NCBI GenBank assembly: GCA_016930015.1
Contig: JAFGHR010000121.1
Span: 11,701 to 75,700, forward strand
Source: Anaerolineae bacterium
Lineage (GTDB): Bacteria > Chloroflexota > Anaerolineae > Aggregatilineales > Aggregatilineaceae
DNA length: 64,000 nucleotides
Direction of reading: 5' to 3'
In this document: one piece after another, positions 47,529 to 58,107 of the stretch
How positions within the stretch are numbered: the first letter of the stretch is position 1
How the letters are laid out: each line of letters opens with the position of its first letter
Position numbers and translations under genes: made by a program
The notes under the pieces: generated by a model
The model's database searches: none
Told to the model about the DNA's origin: nothing
What the model saw: the letters and a program-made list of their open reading frames with translations, nothing else

Positions 47529-48646
47529 AAAACACCGGGCACGACTTCACCGCGCCGCACGCGTTACACGACGACCTGATCGCGTGGTTCGAGGCGCACA
47601 AGGCCGATTTACCCTGGCGGCGCACACATGATCCCTACGTGATCTGGCTGTCGGAGATCATGTTACAACAAACGCAGGTAACCACCGTAATCCCCTATTT
47701 TGAACGGTTTCTGGAACGTTTTCCCACCGTGCACGCATTGGCAAATGCGCCGCTGGACGACGTGCTCAAGCTGTGGGAAGGGTTGGGATACTACAGCCGG
47801 GCGCGTAACCTGCACCGCGCCGCCCGGATGGTTTTGAACGACCTGAACGGCGTGTTCCCATCCACAGTGAACGCTTTGCAGCAGCTTCCCGGTGTGGGCC
47901 GTTACACGGCAGGCGCGATCGCGTCGCTGGCGTTCGGCCTGGATGCGCCGCTGCTGGACGGGAACGTGATCCGCATCCTGACGCGGCTGTTCGACATAAC
48001 CGGCGATGTGGGCTTAACCGCCACCAAAAACACGCTCTGGGAACTGGCCGGGCGGCTGGTTCCGAGCGGGCGCGCCGGTCCGTGGAACGAGGGCTTGATG
48101 GAGCTTGGGCGGCGCATCTGCTCGCCGAAATCGCCGGATTGCGACCGGTGCCCACTGTCCGCACACTGCGAAGCATACCGGATGGGAACCCAGCACGAGC
48201 GCCCGGTCAAACGCCCCAAAGCCAGAACACCGCACTATGACGTAACCGCCGCCGTGATCGAGCGTGACGATGGTTCCGTTCTCATCGCGCAGCGCCCGCA
48301 TGACGGTATGTTAGGCGGGCTGTGGGAGTTTCCCGGCGGTAAGCGTGAACCGGGCGAATCGCTGCCCGATTGTCTTCGGCGTGAAATCCGCGAGGAACTG
48401 GGCATCACGATTCAGGTTGGCAGACAGTTAGGCACGGTCCGCCATGCGTATTCGCATTTTCGCATTACGTTGTATGCGTTTGCGTGCAGGCTGGTCAGCG
48501 GCACACCGCACGCCATCGAATGCGCGGATTGGACCTGGGCCACGCTTGACGAACTGGGGCAATACGCCTTCCCGGTAACCGATCAGAAAATCATCCGGAT
48601 GCTGCGCAACGGTGAGGGGCAGCTCGGCATGGACCTGTGGACCTGA
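47525..48646 (+). CDS. mutY: A/G-specific adenine DNA glycosylase MutY with a C-terminal domain carrying a complete Nudix box
   Basis: Motifs are LSEIMLQQTQV, HhH LPGVGRYTAGAI, the Fe-S cluster CSPKSPDCDRCPLSAHC, YSH, and the Nudix box GGKREPGESLPDCLRREIREELGI. Confidence 0.9.
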   Translation: MKNTGHDFTAPHALHDDLIAWFEAHKADLPWRRTHDPYVIWLSEIMLQQTQVTTVIPYFERFLERFPTVHALANAPLDDVLKLWEGLGYYSRARNLHRAARMVLNDLNGVFPSTVNALQQLPGVGRYTAGAIASLAFGLDAPLLDGNVIRILTRLFDITGDVGLTATKNTLWELAGRLVPSGRAGPWNEGLMELGRRICSPKSPDCDRCPLSAHCEAYRMGTQHERPVKRPKARTPHYDVTAAVIERDDGSVLIAQRPHDGMLGGLWEFPGGKREPGESLPDCLRREIREELGITIQVGRQLGTVRHAYSHFRITLYAFACRLVSGTPHAIECADWTWATLDELGQYAFPVTDQKIIRMLRNGEGQLGMDLWT

Positions 48647-48661
48647 TGCTCGCACGCGGTA

Positions 48662-48690
48662 TTGAGCCACAAAGCCCACGTTGATATAAT
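48662..48690 (+). promoter_or_regulatory. sigma-70-type promoter
   Basis: TTGAGC, a 17-nt spacer, then TATAAT, about 35 nt upstream of the 48724 ATG. Confidence 0.6.
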
Positions 48691-48723
48691 CGCTTCAACA
48701 GCCGTTTATTGTGAGCGTTTACC

Positions 48724-49335
48724 ATGCCCGGAAAACAACTCAGCCGCCGCGAAGAAGAACAACTCATGAAAGAGGCTGGCCGCCTGCCACCCGGCCAGTC
48801 ATTGACGCAAAAGTTCCCGGTGCTGCATTATGGCCCGGTTCCCGAAATCGACATCACGACATGGAGACTCAGTGTTTTTGGCGAAGTCGAAAACGAAACA
48901 AGCTGGACATGGGACGCGTTTCGACACATCCCGACCGTGACGCTCACCACAGATATTCACTGCGTCACCAGGTGGAGTATGTTTGATACAACCTGGGAAG
49001 GTCCGCGTTTTCGTGATTTTGTTGATCTGTTTGGCGTCAAGCCCGGCGCGAAGTTTGTGATCGCCCACGCACCGCACGGGTTTACCGCCAACCTGCCGCT
49101 CGACGTGATGCTCGAAGACGACGTATTGCTGGCGTGGAAATATAACGGCGACCTCCTTGATCCCGCGCACGGCTTCCCGGTGCGTACACTTGTCCCGCAG
49201 CGGTATTTCTGGAAAAGCGTTAAGTGGCTCACCAGGCTGGAGTTCAGTTCCGACGATCAACCGGGGTTTTGGGAACAGGCCGGTTATCATAACGAGGGTA
49301 AACCCTGGGAAGAACAACGAACCCAACGGTCATAG
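48724..49335 (+). CDS. sulfite-oxidase-family molybdopterin-binding oxidoreductase (single Moco domain)
   Basis: HCVTRWS (Moco Cys ligand region) and GFPVRTLVPQRYFWKSVKWL are present. Length is 203 aa. Confidence 0.8.
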   Translation: MPGKQLSRREEEQLMKEAGRLPPGQSLTQKFPVLHYGPVPEIDITTWRLSVFGEVENETSWTWDAFRHIPTVTLTTDIHCVTRWSMFDTTWEGPRFRDFVDLFGVKPGAKFVIAHAPHGFTANLPLDVMLEDDVLLAWKYNGDLLDPAHGFPVRTLVPQRYFWKSVKWLTRLEFSSDDQPGFWEQAGYHNEGKPWEEQRTQRS

Positions 49336-49372
49336 ATGGTCTGGCACAGGCCCCTTACCACCCATAAACGCG

Positions 49373-49421
49373 CGGCGCTCCCCGACCAGTTTCATGATCA
49401 GATGGGAGCGCCGTATTTTTT
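49373..49421 (+). terminator. rho-independent terminator
   Basis: CGGCGCTCCC / GGGAGCGCCG stem followed by TATTTTTT. Confidence 0.75.
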
Positions 49422-49455
49422 GTTGCCGTTCACGGATGACTAACCTCGCCAGCCT

Positions 49456-49878
49456 TTATACAACGATCGTTTCGATCCCGGTTTCGGCTTTGATGGCGGG
49501 ACTGAGCTGTTGTTCCAGGTATTCAAGCGTGGTTAGGTTGTCATCAGCGGGCCGCCCCAACACGATCAGTGAAGCACCAACTTCCTTAGCCGCTTCGACC
49601 AATGCCGTTTTGAAGTCACCCTCACGTACAACATAATCTGACTCGACGCCTGCTTTTTCGGCGCGTTCCTTGGCCATCAGCAGCAAGAACTCGCCCATGT
49701 TTTTCATTTCCTCGTCCATCCCTGGTACACGTGGCGCGGAATATTTGTCGAGGAAACGTGCATCAGAAACAAAGATAAATACCAACCTGCCGCCACGTTC
49801 TTTGGTCATCTCGATAGCACGTTCCTGGGTTTTGATGCTAGCCTCGCCACCACGTGTCGCACACAAAATAACATTCAT
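49456..49878 (-). CDS. universal stress protein (UspA family)
   Basis: The start at MNVILCATRGGEAS lies 10 nt after the permease stop, with GGAGG upstream. The protein has a USP-like alpha/beta pattern. Confidence 0.75.
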   Translation of the reverse strand: MNVILCATRGGEASIKTQERAIEMTKERGGRLVFIFVSDARFLDKYSAPRVPGMDEEMKNMGEFLLLMAKERAEKAGVESDYVVREGDFKTALVEAAKEVGASLIVLGRPADDNLTTLEYLEQQLSPAIKAETGIETIVV

Positions 49879-49888
49879 ATCTGTTCGA

Positions 49889-51613
49889 CTAACCTCCCAG
49901 CACCTCAAAGCGAAATAGCAGCCACAAACTACCGACGATCAATGTAAGTATAGTCACAGGAATACTCACCCGCGCAAATTTGCCAAACGACAAGGGATAC
50001 CCAGCACGTTCGGCGATGCCCGCTGTCATCAGGTTGGTTTCACCACCAATCAAGAAACCGTTGCCACCCATCGCCGACCCCATTGACAGGCCGTAATACA
50101 AAATTTTGCTGCTCACAGCGCCCGAAATATTGCCCGATAGATACTCGACAACGGGCAGCATCGATGCTGCCAGCGGGATATTGGCGATCGAGAATGATAG
50201 GAAACCAACACCGAGTGTAATCACAAATACACCCGCGTACAGATTATTACCAACTACATCACCCATGAATCCCGCAATCGTACCGATCAGGCCGACTTCC
50301 TGAATGGCACCCACCAGCATAAACAGCGCCATGAAAAAGACCAGGGTCGTCCAGTCCACCAGATTCAGCATTTTATGAACATCGGTTTCGACCCACACCA
50401 ACATCACCGTAGCAGCCAGCAGCGCCGTCACAGCGGGCACCATTTCCAGGCCTTCGCCCATAGCAAACACCACAATGGTAAGCGCAAATACAAGCAGCGA
50501 TTTGCGCAGCACGTTTATGTCTTTGATCTTGGCGTTCTGTTCCAGCTTGGCGTAGAGTGTCGGTGATATTCCTTTTTCGACCTGGGAAAAGACCGCGCGG
50601 AAGTGCCAAAGCACATACAAGGTCATCGTGATCAACGCCAATAGCACGCCAATGGTCTGGTTGACCAGAAAATCGTTAAACGAAATCTTGGCATAAGCAC
50701 CGATCAAGATATTGGTCGGGGTGCCGATCAGAGTCGTAATGCCGCCAATGTTGGAAGCCATAATTTCGGGAATCAGCAGGGAGGTTGGTGGCAAATTGAG
50801 CGCAATCGCGATCTCCAACGTGATCGGCACCATGAGCAGCATGGTCGTAACGTTGTCAAGCAGCGCGGACGCGAGCGTGGTGATGATCACCAGCACAACC
50901 ACCAGGATCACCGGCTGGCCCCGGCTCCATCGATACGCCATAAACGCCAGCCACTGGAATAACCCTGTTCCTTCGATCACGCTGACGACGATCATCATGC
51001 CCATCACCAGGAAAATCACTTCCCAGTTGATATATGTCAGCGCCCGTTCGAAGTTAAACACGTACAAGTCAGACAGGAGCTTGCTGCCAAAAAACGTAAC
51101 TGCAAACACCACAGCCACACCAAACAGGGCGGCGGTCGCATTCGGCATTTTCTCAAACGCGATCAGCAGCAATACAGCCAAAAACGTGAGTGATGCCACC
51201 CAGAAACCAAGCGTATAACTGTAATCCAGGTTCACTTCGCCCAGGTTCACAGATTCGCCCTGGCTCAAAACCGCCACTTCTTCCGGTTCCAGCTCATAGG
51301 TCCACGTGTTGTAGTGCGGGTGAATCACTTCGATTTCGACAGACTGCTCTGGTGGCCGGGGCAGCGCCGCTTCCCACAGGCCATCTTCATGCGATTCAGC
51401 CGTTACCACCGGTTCTTCTTCACCATCCAGGAATACTTCGATCTCAGCTTCGGCTATGGCCTGCCCCTGCTCTGTAAGCAAAAACCCCAGCAGCGTCGAT
51501 TGTTCCTGCCCATCGCCCTGCCCGTGCGCCGAATCCGGACCGGGAACCAACAACCCGACCGCACACAAAAGACACAACAAAGCAAATGCATAACGTAGGA
51601 CGGATTGCCTCAT
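49889..51613 (-). CDS. ArsB/NhaD (citrate-transporter-like) permease with an N-terminal secreted beta-sandwich-like domain
   Basis: The start at MRQSVL follows GGGAGAAAAA. A signal peptide and a ~110-aa acidic domain are followed by many TM helices. Confidence 0.75.
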   Translation of the reverse strand: MRQSVLRYAFALLCLLCAVGLLVPGPDSAHGQGDGQEQSTLLGFLLTEQGQAIAEAEIEVFLDGEEEPVVTAESHEDGLWEAALPRPPEQSVEIEVIHPHYNTWTYELEPEEVAVLSQGESVNLGEVNLDYSYTLGFWVASLTFLAVLLLIAFEKMPNATAALFGVAVVFAVTFFGSKLLSDLYVFNFERALTYINWEVIFLVMGMMIVVSVIEGTGLFQWLAFMAYRWSRGQPVILVVVLVIITTLASALLDNVTTMLLMVPITLEIAIALNLPPTSLLIPEIMASNIGGITTLIGTPTNILIGAYAKISFNDFLVNQTIGVLLALITMTLYVLWHFRAVFSQVEKGISPTLYAKLEQNAKIKDINVLRKSLLVFALTIVVFAMGEGLEMVPAVTALLAATVMLVWVETDVHKMLNLVDWTTLVFFMALFMLVGAIQEVGLIGTIAGFMGDVVGNNLYAGVFVITLGVGFLSFSIANIPLAASMLPVVEYLSGNISGAVSSKILYYGLSMGSAMGGNGFLIGGETNLMTAGIAERAGYPLSFGKFARVSIPVTILTLIVGSLWLLFRFEVLGG

Positions 51614-51740
51614 TTTTTCTCCCAGTGTAAGGTTTCCATGAATAAGCGTGACAAAACACATTGACCGGCAGTTGCACCACCACGAGCGGCGGGCCGGACG
51701 CGATCTGTCCGTTATTCTATCCATTTCCGATTATATTACA

Positions 51741-52997
51741 TTACGGGCGGACGTGCCCTTCACCGATAATGATCCACTTGTACGTTGTCAGTTCCTCTAG
51801 GCCCATCGGCCCGCGCGCGTGTAGTTTTTGGGTACTGATCGCGATCTCGGCGCCCAGCCCTAACTGGCTGCCATCGGTGAAGCGTGTTGACGCGTTCACA
51901 TACACCGCCGCCGAGTCGATCTCGTTCAAGAACCGCTCAATCGAAACCGGATCAGTCGTCAAAATGCCGTCCGAATGGGCCGTGCCGTGCTGCTGAATGT
52001 GGGCGATAGCCGTGGCGAGATCGGGCACAACACGAATACCCAGGATCAAAGCCAGCCATTCCATGTCCCAATCACCATCAGCCACCGGTTGTACGTTTGC
52101 GGCACCGGCTAACAGCGCGGCGGCCTGTTCATCGACACGCAGTTCGACGTTATCCTGGGCCAGGCGTTCGGCCACGCGCGGAATAAATCCATCCGCGATC
52201 GACTCCTGCACCAGCAGCGTGTCGAGCGCATTACACACCGAGGGGCGCTGCACCTTGGCATTGTGAACGATCTCGACCGCGGCGTCCAGGTCGGCGGTTT
52301 CGTCAACGTAAAGATGGCAGATGCCGATCCCGCCGGTTATCACCGGGATCGTGCTGTGTTCGCGGCAGAACGTATGCAGGCCGCTCCCGCCGCGCGGGAT
52401 GATCATATCGACGTAGTCGCTCAGGCGCAGCAGGTCGCTGACGTAACGCCGGTCAGTATCACGAATCAACTGCACGATATCCGCCGGGAAACCGGCGTTT
52501 TCCAGCGCGCGGCGAATGGTATCGACCAGCGCCATGTTACTCTTCAGCGTTTCGGACCCGCCGCGCAGAATAACGGCATTGCCGGTTTTTAACGCCAACG
52601 CGGCGACATCCACGGTTACATTGGGCCGCGACTCATAGATCACACCCAAAACACCGATCGGCACACGCCGTTTGCGTATCTGAAGGCCGTTCGGCATCGT
52701 TCGTTTTTCATATTCCTGGCCAACCGGATCGGGCAGTTCGGCGACGCGGCGCACATCGGCTGTGACACCTTGCAGCCGTTTGGCAAGATTCAGCCGGTCC
52801 AGAAACACGGGAGTTAAACCGGCCTTGCGGCCATCCTCCATATCGATCGAATTTGCTTCGAGAATGACCGCCTGATTAGCGTCGATTGTGTCTGCGATTG
52901 CCAGCAGCGCGTGGTTTTTCGCTTCGGTATCCATCTGGCGGAGTACCAGGGATGCTTGTTTGGCCTGCTGTCCGAGCACGTGCATGTCAATAGCCAT
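51741..52997 (-). CDS. proA: gamma-glutamyl phosphate reductase
   Basis: VIYESRPNVTVD and the catalytic-Cys region SVCNALDTLLV are present. Length is 418 aa. Confidence 0.92.
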   Translation of the reverse strand: MAIDMHVLGQQAKQASLVLRQMDTEAKNHALLAIADTIDANQAVILEANSIDMEDGRKAGLTPVFLDRLNLAKRLQGVTADVRRVAELPDPVGQEYEKRTMPNGLQIRKRRVPIGVLGVIYESRPNVTVDVAALALKTGNAVILRGGSETLKSNMALVDTIRRALENAGFPADIVQLIRDTDRRYVSDLLRLSDYVDMIIPRGGSGLHTFCREHSTIPVITGGIGICHLYVDETADLDAAVEIVHNAKVQRPSVCNALDTLLVQESIADGFIPRVAERLAQDNVELRVDEQAAALLAGAANVQPVADGDWDMEWLALILGIRVVPDLATAIAHIQQHGTAHSDGILTTDPVSIERFLNEIDSAAVYVNASTRFTDGSQLGLGAEIAISTQKLHARGPMGLEELTTYKWIIIGEGHVRP

Positions 52998-53014
52998 AAT
53001 GACTTCCTTTTTGT

Positions 53015-54118
53015 TTACATCAACACCAGATTGTCCCGATGTATCGCTTCGTCACCGTAGGTGTAACCGAGGATATCACAAATCTCTTGAGATTGGTGGC
53101 CGCGCAGCCGCTCTAATTCGTCGCTACTGTAGTTTACCAATCCCTTAGCCAGCGCTTTGCCGCGCTCGTCAACGACCAAAACCACCGCCCCGCGCGTGAA
53201 TTCAGTCTCCGTCGCCCGGATACCTACCGGCAGCAAGCTGGCCCCTTCTTCCTGTAACACCCGTGCAGCACCGGCGTCGATTCGAATCGTTGCCTGTGAG
53301 TGTTCGGCCAACAACCATCGTTTGCGACTCTCGATATGGCCAACCGACGGCACAAACTCAGTTCCCAGGTCTTCACCGGCCACCAGACGGATCAACACAT
53401 CCTGCGTGCGCCCGTTCGCGATCACGGTCTTGGTGCCACTGCGAGTAGCCAATTGGGCAGCCTGTATTTTGGTCACCATGCCCCCTACGCCCAGGCCGGA
53501 CCCACTTGAACCGGCGAGCTGGTAGGTTTGCTCGTCAATGGCATCAACACGCGGGATCAAATATGCGCCGTGGTCAGAACGCGGATCATGATTATACAGC
53601 CCGTTCTGGTCGGTTAGCAGGATCAACATCATCGCGTTAAGCAGTACGGCGATCTGCGCCGAGAGATTGTCATTGTCGCCAACCTTGATCTCCTCGACCG
53701 CCACCGTATCGTTTTCGTTGACAATTGGCACAATGCCGTAGTTGAGCAGGGTATCCAGCGTATTACGCGCGTTCAGGTACCGGGTGCGGTCCGATAGATC
53801 ACCGTGTGTCAGCAGCACCTGGCCAATATGCACCCCGTATAGATCAAACAACATGCTGTATACTTGCATTAGGTGGCCCTGGCCAACAGCACTCAACATC
53901 TGTTTGGCGGGCAGATGGTTGGGTACGGACGGAAAATCGAGCAGTTCGCGTCCAGCCGCCATAGCACCAGAAGACACGATAACAACACGGTATCCATCAG
54001 CCCGGAGCATGATCACCTGGCGGATGATTTCGAGCATGTGCGGACGAGACAAGCGCTGTGTCCCACCCGTCAGAGTAGATGTACCTACCTTGACGATGAT
54101 TGTATGTTGAGGCTTCAT
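53015..54118 (-). CDS. proB: glutamate 5-kinase with PUA domain
   Basis: IIVKVGTSTLT and VIVSSGA are present, with a C-terminal PUA-like region. An alternative GTG start lies at 54127. Confidence 0.9.
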   Translation of the reverse strand: MKPQHTIIVKVGTSTLTGGTQRLSRPHMLEIIRQVIMLRADGYRVVIVSSGAMAAGRELLDFPSVPNHLPAKQMLSAVGQGHLMQVYSMLFDLYGVHIGQVLLTHGDLSDRTRYLNARNTLDTLLNYGIVPIVNENDTVAVEEIKVGDNDNLSAQIAVLLNAMMLILLTDQNGLYNHDPRSDHGAYLIPRVDAIDEQTYQLAGSSGSGLGVGGMVTKIQAAQLATRSGTKTVIANGRTQDVLIRLVAGEDLGTEFVPSVGHIESRKRWLLAEHSQATIRIDAGAARVLQEEGASLLPVGIRATETEFTRGAVVLVVDERGKALAKGLVNYSSDELERLRGHQSQEICDILGYTYGDEAIHRDNLVLM

Positions 54119-54330
54119 TGTTCCCACGTCGTTTTTTGCCCTGTAGAGACACTGTTCAGCAATAAGTCTGCATTAGTCTATCGCACGGACCCGGTCGGGA
54201 ATTTGTGCTTTTTGCATGGAAACCGCAAAGGCACTTTCTGCATCTAAATAAGTGGTTCACAACACGTTACCCTGCTACGATCATTAAGAGAAACACAAAT
54301 GAGCCAGCGTAACCCAGAATAGGAAACCTT

Positions 54331-55746
54331 ATGGCATCGTTAGTTGGAACAACAGATAACCCACTACGTGTAGCGATAATCGGTTCGGGGCCATCGGCTT
54401 TTTATGCAGCAGAACATCTACAAAAACAGCGTGATATGACCATCATAATTGATATGTTCGAACGTCTGCCCACACCATTTGGACTGGTCCGGGGCGGCGT
54501 AGCACCGGATCATCAAAAAATCAAGTCGGTTACCAAAGTATACGAGCGTATCGCCGAGCAGCCCGGCTTCCGCTTTTTTGGAAACGTAACTTTTGGAAAA
54601 GATATTGTATATAACGATTTAGCGGAACGGTACCATGCTATCATCTACGCCGTTGGTACACAAACCGATCGCCGCATGGATATTCCCGGCGAAGACTTAC
54701 CCGGCAGCCACGCGGCGACTGAATTTGTGGGCTGGTACAACGCACATCCTGACTACCATGACCGCACGTTTGACCTGTCGGGGAAACGTGTGGCCGTTAT
54801 TGGAAACGGCAACGTTGCCATGGATGTCATCCGCATCCTGGCCCGGACCGAAGATGAACTGCACTCAACCGATATCGCTGATTATGCGCTGGAAGCGCTG
54901 AGCAACAGCGGCATAAAAACGCTTTACCTGCTGGGGCGGCGTGGACCGGCGCAGGGCAAGTTTACCCCACCTGAACTGAAAGAACTTCAGGACATGGCCG
55001 GGGCGGATATTGTCGTTTCGCCCGATGAAATAAAACTCGATCCCCTGAGCGAAAAATACATTCAGTCCGGCGAGGATCGAGCTGCCGTGCGTAACCTTGA
55101 ATTGCTCACACACTATGCCCAAAACCCCACAGACACCAAACCAAAAAAGATCGTCATGCGGTTTCTTGTGTCGCCGGTTGAGGTGCTTGGCACCGGACAG
55201 GTCGAAGCGATTCGACTCGTCAAGAACGAAATCTGCGAAAAAGAGCACATGTTGCGCCCATGCCCAACCGATGAATTTGAAATCCTGCCGGTTGACCTGG
55301 TCTTCCGCTCCATCGGCTATCACGGGGTGCCATTGCCCGGCGTACCATTTAACGAAAAAACGGGCACTATTCGCAACGACCACGGGCGTGTTACGGACGA
55401 CTCCGGGACATATCGTACCGGCGAATACGCTGTGGGGTGGATTAAGCGCGGACCGAGCGGCATCATCGGCACCAACAAACCCGATGCGCAGGAAACCGTC
55501 ACCCTGCTGTTAGAGGATGTAGGCGCAGGCAGGCTGCTGGCCCCGGCACATTCCGAAATAGAATCGCTGCTGGCTGAGCGCGGTATCCGGTTCGTTACAT
55601 ACGATGATTGGCGTCTTCTCGACCAGTTGGAACAAACATGGGGTGATGCTGTTGGCCGCCCACGTGTCAAGTTTTACCAGGTCGAAGACATGCTCCATGC
55701 CCTTGCAGATCATGCGGACATCCTCAATCCGCAGCTCTCGTCCTGA
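54331..55746 (+). CDS. FprA/adrenodoxin-reductase-type NADPH:ferredoxin oxidoreductase
   Basis: The FAD motif is VAIIGSGPSAFYAA and the NADP motif is VAVIGNGNVAMD. Length is 471 aa. Confidence 0.82.
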   Translation: MASLVGTTDNPLRVAIIGSGPSAFYAAEHLQKQRDMTIIIDMFERLPTPFGLVRGGVAPDHQKIKSVTKVYERIAEQPGFRFFGNVTFGKDIVYNDLAERYHAIIYAVGTQTDRRMDIPGEDLPGSHAATEFVGWYNAHPDYHDRTFDLSGKRVAVIGNGNVAMDVIRILARTEDELHSTDIADYALEALSNSGIKTLYLLGRRGPAQGKFTPPELKELQDMAGADIVVSPDEIKLDPLSEKYIQSGEDRAAVRNLELLTHYAQNPTDTKPKKIVMRFLVSPVEVLGTGQVEAIRLVKNEICEKEHMLRPCPTDEFEILPVDLVFRSIGYHGVPLPGVPFNEKTGTIRNDHGRVTDDSGTYRTGEYAVGWIKRGPSGIIGTNKPDAQETVTLLLEDVGAGRLLAPAHSEIESLLAERGIRFVTYDDWRLLDQLEQTWGDAVGRPRVKFYQVEDMLHALADHADILNPQLSS

Positions 55747-55959
55747 AGGATACAGTTTGAGGCGTTGGCCAGCATGTGCTTTTTTGCCATAACATACCAG
55801 CGCCTCACTCACCTGTTAAACTAACCCAGGCTTTCCCCAATTAAAAATCGTCCAACTTGTGTTGAACGATTCATATATAACGAACACAGATCATCATGCG
55901 CGCCTGCCGTGATCACGCTCCCTGTATGGAATTACAACCGGAAACGGCCAGGGTCAAGT

Positions 55960-56673
55960 TTACTCACATGCTCCTGGCTTGACGCCAAGATCGAATGTTT
56001 CCGAAATAACCGGGATATTATCCCACCAGCATTGTGAGTCGATAATGATGACACCGATCACGGATGTGACAATGCACAACACAAGAAAACACCCGCATCC
56101 CAGGATCACCCAGCGCCCAACACCACCACCTTCATACGGTTCTTCTTGATAATCATACTCATAGGCCATTGGCTGTTGGCCCTGAGGTGGCGTCCCGTAG
56201 GGTTGTTGAGGTGCCGCCGCGCTGGCGTAGCCAGCTTGAGGCTGCTGTTGTGACGGCTGCTGATTATAGACGGGCGCGGCTGGCGGCGCATACGCAGCGG
56301 GCCCAGCCTGGGGAGATCCGCCAACCATCGTCGCGGCGTGGGGTGCTTCAGCGGGTGCACCCGCGCCGACCACTTCATAGGCCAGGGTAACCGTTTCACC
56401 AAGCCCTATCATATCACCGTTAGAAAGCGGACGGGCGCCAGTCAGGCGCTGGCCATTGATAAACGTGCCGTTGGTTGATCCCAGATCCTCAAATGTAAAG
56501 CCACCGCCACCCTGAGTTAGTCTAGAGTGGTGACGGCTCACTTCAGGATCGTTGATCACAATATCATTTGTAATATCGCGGCCAAGCGTAATAATGCCCT
56601 TGTTTAATTCATAAACCTGGTTGGGCTGCGGACCACGACGAACAATCAGACGGAAGCTAGTGCTGCCCTGCAT
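55960..56673 (-). CDS. FHA-domain protein with a Pro/Gln-rich linker and C-terminal TM
   Basis: The start at MQGSTS follows GAGGAGG. The FHA motifs are ITLGRD...SRHHSRL...GSTNGTFING. The TM is WVILGCGCFLVLCIVTSVIGVIII. Confidence 0.85.
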   Translation of the reverse strand: MQGSTSFRLIVRRGPQPNQVYELNKGIITLGRDITNDIVINDPEVSRHHSRLTQGGGGFTFEDLGSTNGTFINGQRLTGARPLSNGDMIGLGETVTLAYEVVGAGAPAEAPHAATMVGGSPQAGPAAYAPPAAPVYNQQPSQQQPQAGYASAAAPQQPYGTPPQGQQPMAYEYDYQEEPYEGGGVGRWVILGCGCFLVLCIVTSVIGVIIIDSQCWWDNIPVISETFDLGVKPGACE

Positions 56674-56863
56674 ATACAATGCCTCCTCACGCGCAAGGAA
56701 GTGGCGGTATGAACACATGCGACGGCTCGGAGTATACGGGGATTAGGAACGGATGTCAACAAAGGCACTTTGCCGCGAGGCAAAAACGCCACTACCGCGA
56801 TAGTGGCGTATCTGACCAGTGTTCGTCGTCCCCGTCGTTACTCCTACCTGTCCGGCTTCCCGA

Positions 56864-58063
56864 TCAGGTAAAATCACGCAACTGGCGCGAGCGGCGTGGA
56901 TGTCGCAACCGGCGTAAGGCTTTGCCTTCAATCTGCCGGATACGCTCACGCGTCAATCCGAACTTTTGGCCAACCTCTTCGAGCGTGTAACTACGCCCAT
57001 TTTGTAACCCAAAACGCAGCCGCAAAATTCGCGCCTCGCGTGCCGTCAGTGTGCCTAACACTTCTTCCACTTTTTCACGCAACAGGTTCTGATAAGCGCT
57101 CTGTGTCGGGGTAGGTGTGGTCAAGTCCTCGATGAAGCTGCCCAGCTCGCTATCTTCTTCTTCGCCCACTGGACGCTCCAGGCTCATCGGTCGCCAGCTT
57201 ACTTTGAGCATCCATTGGACTTTGCGCGGCTCCAGGTCCATGCGATCGGCAATTTCTTCGGGTGTGGGCTTGCGACCATTTTCTTGTTCCAACTGGCGGG
57301 CCGTTTTGTACAAACGCCGGATGCGGTCGGACATATGCACCGGAACCCGGATGGTACGTCCCTGGTCGGCAATGGCACGGGTTATCGTCTGGCGAATCCA
57401 CCACGTCGCATACGTGCTGAAACGGTAACCTCGCGTGTAGTCGAACTTTTCGACGGCTTTCATCAAACCCAGGTTGCCTTCCTGAATCAAATCCAGAAAA
57501 TGCACGCCGCGCCCCATGTATTTTTTGGCAATGCTTACAACCAGGCGTGTATTAGCTTTGATCAGGTGGTCGCGCGCCGCCCTGCCATCTTCTATGGTTT
57601 CTTGCAAGGCTGACAATATATCAGGCGCAACATTCCCATTCAGCCGGGCCAGTTCGGCGCTTGCCGCATTACCGGCCTCAAGGCGTTTCGCCAGATCAAC
57701 CTCTTCTTCTGTGGTCAGCAGCGGTACACGGGCCATCTCTTTTAGATAGAGGCCAACTGTATCGTCGGATGATACCCCGCTCAGATCAAACGATTCATCA
57801 TCGTCATCATCGTCATCAAGGTCGTCATCACCCAACTTACCGGCTTCAATATCGCCTGGTTTATCGCCAAAAACCTCAACACCAGCCGCGTTTAACCACA
57901 TAAAAATATCTTCGAGTTGATCCATTGCCTCGTCGGCATCGGGCAACACTTCAAGAATATCATCAGTCGTCAGAAAACCCTGGTTATCTGCTTTTTCGAG
58001 CAAAGCGGCCATCAAATCCAACTGCGAAGTCTGATTCTCGGTATCGCCATAATCGTCGGTCAA
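56864..58063 (-). CDS. rpoD: primary RNA polymerase sigma factor (RpoD/SigA)
   Basis: [27 protein letters not shown] (region 2.4/3) and [30 protein letters not shown] (region 4.2) are present. TTG start after AGGGGGA. Confidence 0.92.
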   Translation of the reverse strand: MTDDYGDTENQTSQLDLMAALLEKADNQGFLTTDDILEVLPDADEAMDQLEDIFMWLNAAGVEVFGDKPGDIEAGKLGDDDLDDDDDDDESFDLSGVSSDDTVGLYLKEMARVPLLTTEEEVDLAKRLEAGNAASAELARLNGNVAPDILSALQETIEDGRAARDHLIKANTRLVVSIAKKYMGRGVHFLDLIQEGNLGLMKAVEKFDYTRGYRFSTYATWWIRQTITRAIADQGRTIRVPVHMSDRIRRLYKTARQLEQENGRKPTPEEIADRMDLEPRKVQWMLKVSWRPMSLERPVGEEEDSELGSFIEDLTTPTPTQSAYQNLLREKVEEVLGTLTAREARILRLRFGLQNGRSYTLEEVGQKFGLTRERIRQIEGKALRRLRHPRRSRQLRDFT

Positions 58064-58107
58064 AGCGAAATCCCCCTTTATCGTTCGATAAAGTCCATTG
58101 GGTTAGA

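Noticed and set aside
54128-54330. A riboswitch or T-box upstream of proBA, and likewise a Moco riboswitch upstream of moaB or a glutamine riboswitch upstream of glnA.
   Set aside because: I found no T-box core (AGGGTGGTACCGCG-like) or other recognisable conserved riboswitch core in these leaders. The glnA and moaB leaders are too short.
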